Shown piece by piece: positions 29,620-37,666 of a stretch of DNA of 64,000 nt (the first letter of the stretch is position 1; each line of letters begins with the position of its first letter). The position numbers and the translations under genes were made by a program. The stretch is taken from IMG/VR virus record IMGVR_UViG_3300012663_000706; one strand, written 5' to 3'. The DNA is from a virus. Its lineage: Duplodnaviria; Heunggongvirae; Uroviricota; Caudoviricetes. The notes under the pieces were generated by a model. That model did not search any database and was not told where the DNA came from. It saw only the letters and a list, made by a program, of their open reading frames with translations.

Positions 29620-30564
29620 TTACTTCTCTAATTTCCAGATAGGATTTTGTTTCGTATTTTGAGCAGAATCTTCTGCTTTAAATTTCTTTAATAGTTCTAT
29701 TGACTCTTGACTTAATTCTGTTTCGTAAAAGTCTTCGTAGATTCTTTTGTACAATTCAGTCATGATGCCAAACAGGGCTCCAGGTTCTGAATTCATTTCA
29801 AAGACGTAGATTTTACCATCTTCGGTTTCAGCCATATCGATTGCATAAAAATCTAGATCAGAATGCATATCTGAAAAATATCGACAAGCCTTAACATGAG
29901 AATCTTTTATCTTCTTAATATCCTTACAGATATAAGAGAAATTAGTTTCTTTTTCTGGATCTTTTTTAGCAATATCGGCTGTTTCTTCGTCCATTGGGAT
30001 TCTCTGCGCCCATTGAATAAGTTCTCCTCTCCATAACCAGTATCTGTGCTCTTCTTTAATTGAAATCTTTTCAGAGAATGAGGTAAATTTACTAAGGTCT
30101 GCATTTTCGAATTCTTTTGCATCCTTGAATACTGTTATCCCAAGGCCACTGTGCTCATTGTCAGGTTTTGCAACAATTGGGAATGTAAGTTTATCAACAT
30201 CCTCTGGCGCAGTTACAGTAGGGATAATATATTCACTATCAACGTGTAATTTGTAGAATTCTGATTTTGAAGAGATACTCGTACGAGCATCTGGATGGTT
30301 GTATATTTGATATTCTTGAATTGCACCAGCTTCCATGAACTTCTCAAGAGTTTCTCTATCGTAGTTTAATACTGGCATGCTTTTAGGATAATCAACAGGA
30401 TCCATGTCTTTTGTGATTATTACCCAATATTCAGAAGTATGATATGCCGGTCCGGTAATGAAAGAATCGTCGAGATCCTTTCTTCGAGTGATACACACTT
30501 TCTTGAAATCATCTGCGACGACTGCTTCGTTTATAAATTGTTCAAATGTTAATAGAGATTTCAT
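29620..30564 (-). CDS. ATP-grasp (RimK-like) ligase with capsid-targeting-like leader
   Basis: FPIVAKPDNEHSGLGI, EHR, FYAIDM and FEMNSEPG; leader MKSLLTFEQFINEA. Confidence 0.75.
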   Translation of the reverse strand: MKSLLTFEQFINEAVVADDFKKVCITRRKDLDDSFITGPAYHTSEYWVIITKDMDPVDYPKSMPVLNYDRETLEKFMEAGAIQEYQIYNHPDARTSISSKSEFYKLHVDSEYIIPTVTAPEDVDKLTFPIVAKPDNEHSGLGITVFKDAKEFENADLSKFTSFSEKISIKEEHRYWLWRGELIQWAQRIPMDEETADIAKKDPEKETNFSYICKDIKKIKDSHVKACRYFSDMHSDLDFYAIDMAETEDGKIYVFEMNSEPGALFGIMTELYKRIYEDFYETELSQESIELLKKFKAEDSAQNTKQNPIWKLEK

Positions 30565-30581
30565 ACTCTATATATTATATT

Positions 30582-31181
30582 TTATTTGTAGTGTTGACCA
30601 CCTACCCAAAGAACGAAAGATTTTCTTGTTCCTTTAGTTACAGGTTTAACCCTATGCATTAAATATGAAGGGAACACGACAACATTACCTTTTCCACGAG
30701 GAGCTTGACGAATCCATTCTCCACCTCCCCATAATTCTAAGTCTCCACCTTCGTATTCGTTATCGTCAGATAATTGAACAGTGATTGATACTTTTCTACG
30801 AGAAGCCATTCCATTTCCAATATCCTGGTGCCATGCATAATGACCACCTTCGGCTGCATAATATTCAGTGTATTGAATAGATTCTGGAGCAGAATACAAA
30901 TCAAAACCCCATAGAGCAGCATTTGCTTCAGTAGTCATTGCTGTTAATTTGTCGTACAGCCAACTCCATTCTTGAGATTGAGGAATCCATTTAATATTAG
31001 AGCTTCTAACCTTTTTATCGGTTTCTATACTGTCTGCGCCGATAATAGTTGCTTTTTCAAAAGGAAGATTTCCAACTTCTCTAGATATTTTATCTAATTC
31101 TTCTGAGGTAAATCCTTTATCAAACCAATAGTAGTTCTGAGGATCGTTTTCCGGTTGTACGAAAATGTTTTGAAAGTTCAT
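30582..31181 (-). CDS. 2OG-Fe(II) oxygenase (prolyl-4-hydroxylase-like)
   Basis: WHQD, RKVSITVQLS, YEGGDL, FPSY-HRV-PV--GTRKSFV-W. Confidence 0.9.
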   Translation of the reverse strand: MNFQNIFVQPENDPQNYYWFDKGFTSEELDKISREVGNLPFEKATIIGADSIETDKKVRSSNIKWIPQSQEWSWLYDKLTAMTTEANAALWGFDLYSAPESIQYTEYYAAEGGHYAWHQDIGNGMASRRKVSITVQLSDDNEYEGGDLELWGGGEWIRQAPRGKGNVVVFPSYLMHRVKPVTKGTRKSFVLWVGGQHYK

Positions 31182-31184
31182 ATG

Positions 31185-31847
31185 TTATTTATTTTTATTT
31201 ATTAATGCGTTAATCTCTTGATCCCAGAATGCGTATTCTTGTTGCATGTGCGTTGAATCAAAATCCTTACTCGTAACTGATATTTCTCCAGGTGTTTTTA
31301 ATCCTTCGATCCAGTATATTTTTCGATGATTTATATCCTTATTAAAGAAATATAAATAGTCATCGCCAAAAAAGACTTTAAAAATATCTGGTATCGTGAC
31401 ATAATTTTCTTTTTTAAGAATCATCATGCAACCAAATCCAAACGGTCTATTATCTAATTCAACTAATTGTAATTTGTCAGAATCAGAGTTATAATCATCT
31501 ACATTAAAATTACGTTTATACAATCCAATCATTCCAAAATTAGGATCGACTTCTACCATTTTTTCAAAATTATTCAGTAAACAATTTATGTTTAAAGAAA
31601 TGTCGTCATTGAGAAGACATATATAATTATTCTTGGTTAGAGTAGCTCCAATATTCCATGCTGGATTCACAAAGATATTCTTTTTTACCTTAATAACCGT
31701 AATTCTAGAATCTCTGTCTTTAAAATCCGAGTTAGTATTATCGATAATAATCAACTCAATATCCTTTCTATCGGATAATTTAAACGATTCAATAGTATCT
31801 TTAATCCTTTCAGATTTCCAAAGGGTCGGAATTACAAATGTTATCAT
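31185..31847 (-). CDS. Glycosyltransferase family 2
   Basis: FVIPT, IIIDN, VNPAWN, LNDD and GDD. Confidence 0.85.
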   Translation of the reverse strand: MITFVIPTLWKSERIKDTIESFKLSDRKDIELIIIDNTNSDFKDRDSRITVIKVKKNIFVNPAWNIGATLTKNNYICLLNDDISLNINCLLNNFEKMVEVDPNFGMIGLYKRNFNVDDYNSDSDKLQLVELDNRPFGFGCMMILKKENYVTIPDIFKVFFGDDYLYFFNKDINHRKIYWIEGLKTPGEISVTSKDFDSTHMQQEYAFWDQEINALINKNK

Positions 31848-33688
31848 AGTTGATAAATTTCATTTACATATCCTTCATCTTCTCCAAACTTGCTAGGAGT
31901 TCCAATCGGATCATTTGGATTCTCTTCATATGCCCAATCCTTCTGGCCTAATTCCTCAAATCTAGATTTGATTTGCTCGTTGTAGTGCCACATTATAGTT
32001 TTAACTCGACGCTGAATATCTGCTCTTGCCAAGTTATGAGAGTTTGTAGTATTACCATTATCATATATGAATTGAAGGTAGCCTAAACGTGGTATTCTCA
32101 TCATCTTGGTTTTCAAAAACGTTCTAACAATTAATTCATAATCATCTGCGATTGCAAGGTCTCTACAGTGTCCGCCTATTTCGAAATAGGTTTCTCTTCT
32201 CCAAGCTCTAACATGATTAGGAACTCCAACAATATGTCTAATTGTTTTTGGATTAATATTAGAAGATACTGCAACCTCGAAATCTTTACCCATTACATTT
32301 TCTGTAACGTAATGTCCGTAACTGAATGCAAATCCTTCTCCATATTTTAATGAATTCCAGTTTTGATCGATTTCAGCCGAGTCAGTATAAAAGAATCCAA
32401 CATCTTCATGTTTCTGAGAAGCATTAAATAAATCTTCAGTACAAGTAGGTACTAAATAATCATCATGGTCTAATTCTGCTAGAATATAACCTCTGCACAT
32501 GGTAGCGGCTCTCCATTTAACTTCTCCAATTATACCACCGCTTTTTGGCGTAAAATCGAATAGTTTAACACGTGGATCTCTTTTTGCAATTTCTTGTGCA
32601 ACCTTTAGAGTAACTCCACCGTCAGTCGAATCGTTTACAAGAACCCATTCCCAATTAGAATAAGTTTGTCTAGTAAGAGATTCATAAGTCATCCATAATT
32701 TATCTCCAGTATTATAAATTGGGGTAAAATAGGAAATAAGCTTACTAATATCATTAGTCAACATTGCGATCATTGCGCATTGATAACCTTTTTCGCCAGC
32801 ATCTACATCGCCTTCGGTTAAATTAATCCATATTTTACGGAATTCGCTAGGTGCGTTCCATAAATTCTGTAGTTGCGATGGATCTTCATATGTACTAACA
32901 ATTGCAATTGGTTTTACCCTTGCAATATCTGCATAAATATTAGAATCATCCTCGATATATTCAACTTCAAGTTCTTTAGATTCCCAATTTACAAAATTAT
33001 TTGTCTTTAGATCAGGTCGATCTTTACCAATATAGAGTATTTTCGGGAATTTAGCCTTTGAAGGTTTCTGTAAGGCATTGTAATGAGCTAGAATTTTATC
33101 TATAAATAAGAATCCATCAGGGTTCTTTTGATAAACCACTTCAATAAATTTACCATCAGCATCGTAACCTCCTTTAAAATCAAAGTCATTAAATACTGAT
33201 CGATTAAGAATAAACTGGGCTAAGTCAATTGACCTAACTTTCATATTCTCAGGTTTAGCATATCGAACATCGCATCCAGTAAAATCTTTACCGTCTACTT
33301 TTTGGTTGAATACTATTCCAATTGATTTTTCTGCTTCAGCAAATCCTACAAGAGCTTCGAAATTTTCGAATAATTTTTCATGTAGAATATTATCGTCGTC
33401 TAGAGAATAAATCCAGCCATCTGAAATATTATCAATGATAACTTTATTCATTTGAGGATATAAGTAATCTCCACCTTGCGAGAATTCAAAATAAATCTTG
33501 GCTCCAAATTGCTGTAATTTACCAAGAATCTCGGCATCAATATCTTTTAATCTAGTCGAATCAAAGATTACATGCCATTCAACTTGCAATTTACCATTTT
33601 TTATCGGTAGAGATTCTCCAACCGTAAGGATGTTATTTAATCTGCTACATCTTGTTATAATGTGCAGTTTTCGGGAATTGTTTATCAT
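31844..33688 (-). CDS. Two-domain GT2 glycosyltransferase
   Basis: N-terminal LDDDN domain; C-terminal FTPIYN...VNDSTD...ELDHDD...DDYEL domain. Confidence 0.85.
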   Translation of the reverse strand: MINNSRKLHIITRCSRLNNILTVGESLPIKNGKLQVEWHVIFDSTRLKDIDAEILGKLQQFGAKIYFEFSQGGDYLYPQMNKVIIDNISDGWIYSLDDDNILHEKLFENFEALVGFAEAEKSIGIVFNQKVDGKDFTGCDVRYAKPENMKVRSIDLAQFILNRSVFNDFDFKGGYDADGKFIEVVYQKNPDGFLFIDKILAHYNALQKPSKAKFPKILYIGKDRPDLKTNNFVNWESKELEVEYIEDDSNIYADIARVKPIAIVSTYEDPSQLQNLWNAPSEFRKIWINLTEGDVDAGEKGYQCAMIAMLTNDISKLISYFTPIYNTGDKLWMTYESLTRQTYSNWEWVLVNDSTDGGVTLKVAQEIAKRDPRVKLFDFTPKSGGIIGEVKWRAATMCRGYILAELDHDDYLVPTCTEDLFNASQKHEDVGFFYTDSAEIDQNWNSLKYGEGFAFSYGHYVTENVMGKDFEVAVSSNINPKTIRHIVGVPNHVRAWRRETYFEIGGHCRDLAIADDYELIVRTFLKTKMMRIPRLGYLQFIYDNGNTTNSHNLARADIQRRVKTIMWHYNEQIKSRFEELGQKDWAYEENPNDPIGTPSKFGEDEGYVNEIYQL

Positions 33689-33692
33689 ATTA

Positions 33693-34616
33693 TTATATTA
33701 CGTCAAAGAAAAACATGTGAAAGAATCTAGCATTTTCAATTGCATCTCCAAAGTATTTACTAGGAGCATGAATTTGTTTCGCATCAAATAGGACTAAACG
33801 ATTATATACGTTTCCAACCTCGTCGATTTTTTCAAATTGCGTCGAGTCATAGAAATTCATTGCAGCATTCTTGCCTTTAAATGTAGTTTCATATGCCTCT
33901 TGATCTTCGAAATTATCGAATCTTTTTCTACCAGTATTTTTACTAGAATAGAATGAAGTACCTGTTTCGAATGGAGCGTCTTTAGTTAAGAATACCATTC
34001 CTGCATACATTTGACTGTCGACATGAAATACTAAAGGATCGTTTGCTACGCAATATTGGAATACACCATTCGCATAACTTTCATAATTCCAGTTTGTAAT
34101 TTCACGACCGATTATTTTTTCTAATTTCTCTTTAGTACCATCTAGTATAAATCTAGTTTTGCTTCTTTTGCCTTTATGATAATCAGAAGGATTGTATTCT
34201 AGATTATTCATTGCGAAATCTCTAACAAAATCAGGATCCCCGTAGAAGTCATCAACTACAATTAAACCCTTGTCTTGATTACAGAATCCAGAATAGTATG
34301 CGATAAAATTATCGATATTACCAGGATTATAAATAAGTTCTCCAAATTTAACTTGGATCTTTGCACCTTTAGAGATATTAAAAGAAACTCCAACATTGTT
34401 GTTTTTACCAGGATAACTTTCGGTAACATCTGGTCTACTAATAACTTCTAATGGTATTTCTATATCATTGATTATCAATGAACTAACTGGTTTAAAGGTA
34501 TCACCATCCTTGACAGCTATCCAACCTACTACATTGTAATTAGTATCTGATACTTTTGTAATTGAATCAAAATGCCAGAATATGTTCTGATCGTTTGTGA
34601 AATGGTTGTAAATCAT
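33693..34616 (-). CDS. 2OG-Fe(II) oxygenase-like protein (DUF6445-like C-terminal domain)
   Basis: VVDDFYGDPDFVR, FHVD, GTSFY, YNRLVLFD---IH and RFF. Confidence 0.7.
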   Translation of the reverse strand: MIYNHFTNDQNIFWHFDSITKVSDTNYNVVGWIAVKDGDTFKPVSSLIINDIEIPLEVISRPDVTESYPGKNNNVGVSFNISKGAKIQVKFGELIYNPGNIDNFIAYYSGFCNQDKGLIVVDDFYGDPDFVRDFAMNNLEYNPSDYHKGKRSKTRFILDGTKEKLEKIIGREITNWNYESYANGVFQYCVANDPLVFHVDSQMYAGMVFLTKDAPFETGTSFYSSKNTGRKRFDNFEDQEAYETTFKGKNAAMNFYDSTQFEKIDEVGNVYNRLVLFDAKQIHAPSKYFGDAIENARFFHMFFFDVI

Positions 34617-34654
34617 AATTGTGTTTGTTATTATATCGTATGAATTGATTAAGT

Positions 34655-35680
34655 TTATCTTCTCTTTTTATCGAAGTTTATATATGTATCAGGATTTACT
34701 ATGAGCCCATCGGCAATATCCTGCATTCCTTTAATTATCTCCTCTTTCGAAGCATTCTTGTCGACAAGTTCTACAATTACCCTTTCGTAATATTGGTTAT
34801 GTTTTTCAAGATCAGTAAACTTCCAATTCTTAGGACAGCATCCACAGAAATATTGTTCTAGCTTGATATAGCCATATTTACAACTGAATTCCGGACCTTT
34901 AATTCCACACGGTTTTAGAGTATCATAATAGGAATCCCAGTCCAGTTTAAATGGCCAATGTTCGTCGTGAACAAAGGTACCCCATTTCATAAATGCTGAT
35001 TTAAGTTGAAATCCTTCAGCCTCTTTTTCAATTTCAGCTCGACCCCAATTAGGGTTTCCTTTGACTTCAACAGCATCTCCGTTATCATCAAAGAATTCAG
35101 AAAGTGGAAGGATTCCAGTTTCATAAAACCTTTTATTTCGACGAATAACTGGATTGTTGGTATATTCTTTTTTAGACAGAATCCAATACGTAATTGATTT
35201 GTAGTTTTTCTCTTCTAGTAGAATATCTTCTTTAAGCCAGTACGAATATCCAAATTGTCGATCGTCGATATCGTTTAAGTATCTTCGAAGAACCATCTGG
35301 TCGAGATCAGAATCTTCCATACATTCAATAAGTTCATTGATCCAGTTTGGTGAGAGTCCGCTGATTTTCTGAGGTAAACATGTCCAGTCTCCTTCTAAGA
35401 ATAAAACATATTCGTAGTTCTCGACCATCTTGTTAAGTCGATTGATTCCAGCACCGACTCCTAAATTCTTTTCAGAAAGTTCAAGATGCCATGTGATATT
35501 AGAATACTTATTAAAAAGCAGTTCAGTCGCATCTAGTAAATCTTGATTGTATGAATTAAGGAATATGTACCAATCTCCTTCGAAATCTGGATTGGCATCC
35601 AAGAAAGAGACTATTGTTCTCTCTAGGTATTCTGCTCGATACTGAGCATCGTGTGAAAGGGTTGCGATACAGAATTTCAT
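34655..35680 (-). CDS. GT-A fold glycosyltransferase-like protein
   Basis: NLGVGAGIN and LFLEGDW. Confidence 0.65.
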   Translation of the reverse strand: MKFCIATLSHDAQYRAEYLERTIVSFLDANPDFEGDWYIFLNSYNQDLLDATELLFNKYSNITWHLELSEKNLGVGAGINRLNKMVENYEYVLFLEGDWTCLPQKISGLSPNWINELIECMEDSDLDQMVLRRYLNDIDDRQFGYSYWLKEDILLEEKNYKSITYWILSKKEYTNNPVIRRNKRFYETGILPLSEFFDDNGDAVEVKGNPNWGRAEIEKEAEGFQLKSAFMKWGTFVHDEHWPFKLDWDSYYDTLKPCGIKGPEFSCKYGYIKLEQYFCGCCPKNWKFTDLEKHNQYYERVIVELVDKNASKEEIIKGMQDIADGLIVNPDTYINFDKKRR

Positions 35681-35800
35681 AATCTTATATTATTATACTA
35701 CATTCTATATATAAAGAAAAACCGGCAATTGCCGGTTGAAATATGACCCGAGAGCAGTTCTAATGGTATGCTACTCGGGTACTGTTAAATTATTTAAATC

Positions 35801-36901
35801 TTATTCAATTGGTTTTAGCAACTGGTTGTGTGTGATTAAACCATTTGCAATATACGTATCGGTATTTTCAACGTCCATTGAATATACAATCTTTCTATCT
35901 TCGCCTTGTGAAACATTAATTGATGTTATTTCAATACTATTTCCTTCCTTGTCAACTAGGAAATCTCCAACTTGAATATTCCTTGCTTGCTCAAAAAACC
36001 AATCATTTCCTCTTTTAATAAAATGGGCATGTGATTCAGAAGTTTCAATTAAGCCATTATTAAAGTTATGAATTCTTTGTGAAGCATATGGACGTATACC
36101 CATAACAACAACTTCAGTTTCTATTAAATTTAAAGTATCAGTTGACCATCCGATAATAGTATCGTCTTCAGGAGCATCAGAAATTTTCATGCCTTTTAAA
36201 AGATCACCAACTCTAATTTTTTCAATTAACTTTGTAGTTCCATCGGCCATTTCAATACTAGTTCCTTTGACGGTGCACGTGTTGTCGCAACTTTCGCCGG
36301 CCTGCCAACCTCCATAATCTACGCTCTGCATACATATATATTCTCCCCATGAGAAACCAGATTGATAGTTGCCGTCACAGTCTATACCCCAGTAGTCGTA
36401 ATCAACGTAAAAATAATAACATTCACTAGGTGGCGGTGGCGGGTTATAATTAAATACGGCTCCTACATAGTAAATGTTCTCCAGACCAGGAGTTGCAAGA
36501 GGAACAGCAGTTGTTTGACCATATGACCAAACTTCATACGGATCCATTCTCAACCAATATCCAAATGTCCAATTCGGAACCTCCTCCACAGTAAGATATA
36601 TATTCTCATTAGGGTGACTGGTGGTGGTGTGATGGGCATAGGGTTGCTCTCCTAGATACTGTTGCGGACCAGTATCGTATGGAGATACCATCATCACATA
36701 CCCTGAACCAGCATCGACAGCAAGCGTCCAACATCTGCTCATAATCCAACTATTCGCTGCAAACGACATGTTTCCAGTACCGGCATATCCAAAAAATTGA
36801 CCTCTCATACTAGATGCCGTATTAAATCCACTACCGTCACACGCTAAATAACTTCTTAGTGTAGATAGCGCATAACCGCCTGATTGATAACTTAATCTCA
36901 T
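35801..36901 (-). CDS. Protein with C-terminal Hint domain
   Basis: C209-TVKGTSIEMADG, H-x-H block B region, YSMDVE-DTYIANGLITHN ending at N359, then QLLKPIE. Confidence 0.85.
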   Translation of the reverse strand: MRLSYQSGGYALSTLRSYLACDGSGFNTASSMRGQFFGYAGTGNMSFAANSWIMSRCWTLAVDAGSGYVMMVSPYDTGPQQYLGEQPYAHHTTTSHPNENIYLTVEEVPNWTFGYWLRMDPYEVWSYGQTTAVPLATPGLENIYYVGAVFNYNPPPPPSECYYFYVDYDYWGIDCDGNYQSGFSWGEYICMQSVDYGGWQAGESCDNTCTVKGTSIEMADGTTKLIEKIRVGDLLKGMKISDAPEDDTIIGWSTDTLNLIETEVVVMGIRPYASQRIHNFNNGLIETSESHAHFIKRGNDWFFEQARNIQVGDFLVDKEGNSIEITSINVSQGEDRKIVYSMDVENTDTYIANGLITHNQLLKPIE

Positions 36902-37665
36902 TACGTGTTAATATTATTTTTTATCCATCTTTGCTGATATTTATAACCATTTAAATACTTACCTTTATTAAAAATATAAAATGGTGGCGCATCATAAGTT
37001 TCTGGAATTACTTGTGGATCGATATCAATAACGTCTGATTGAAAGGAAAAACCGTGATCTTCTAAGATTAATTTAATAGAACAATTAACCTCATCATCTT
37101 CATTAACAATTATCTTATTAACCATTTTAGCATTATTACATTCAAACCAGGTAAAAACTCCGTCTTGATTCAGGAATTTGCTAACATTATTAGCAAAACC
37201 AAAAATACCGTTGTAATCTTCAGGGAATGCGTCAAATCCGACATTATAGTATATAAAATCAAAATCATCAGGGAATCCTTCAACTCTAGTTGAATCTTCC
37301 CAACGATCTTCGATAATATGTGTTGTTCCTTCGTTAATAAATCCAGCAGTAGTCATTCGATCTCGCTGATCCCGACTAGATTCAATAATCCAATGTTCAG
37401 CTGGTTCTAAATCCCTAATTAAAGAGTTTAGTATACCAATAGAATGTCCAATTACTAATACCTTCTTACCAATAATATTATCAGAAAATCTAGTTACAGT
37501 ATCTTGAATTACTGGAGTATCGAAAGGATTCATTGACCACATGAAATAATTCTGTTGTGTAAATAGAATATTTAGATTTGGGTCAAAGATATAGCATTTT
37601 GATTGCTTCACCTTGTCGAGGGGAGCAACATTATATTGGGTTAAATAGTCAATTCTTGCTTGCAT
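36901..37665 (-). CDS. SAM-dependent methyltransferase-like protein (GAMT/Rmt2-like, degenerate motif I)
   Basis: KVLVIGHSIGIL, HWIIES, RWED and FDFIYY. Confidence 0.6.
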   Translation of the reverse strand: MQARIDYLTQYNVAPLDKVKQSKCYIFDPNLNILFTQQNYFMWSMNPFDTPVIQDTVTRFSDNIIGKKVLVIGHSIGILNSLIRDLEPAEHWIIESSRDQRDRMTTAGFINEGTTHIIEDRWEDSTRVEGFPDDFDFIYYNVGFDAFPEDYNGIFGFANNVSKFLNQDGVFTWFECNNAKMVNKIIVNEDDEVNCSIKLILEDHGFSFQSDVIDIDPQVIPETYDAPPFYIFNKGKYLNGYKYQQRWIKNNINT

Positions 37666-37666
37666 A

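Noticed and set aside
35825-36277. Canonical intein
   Set aside because: Gln at +1, only a 7 aa C-extein, no homing endonuclease and no conserved host protein; reported as a Hint domain instead.
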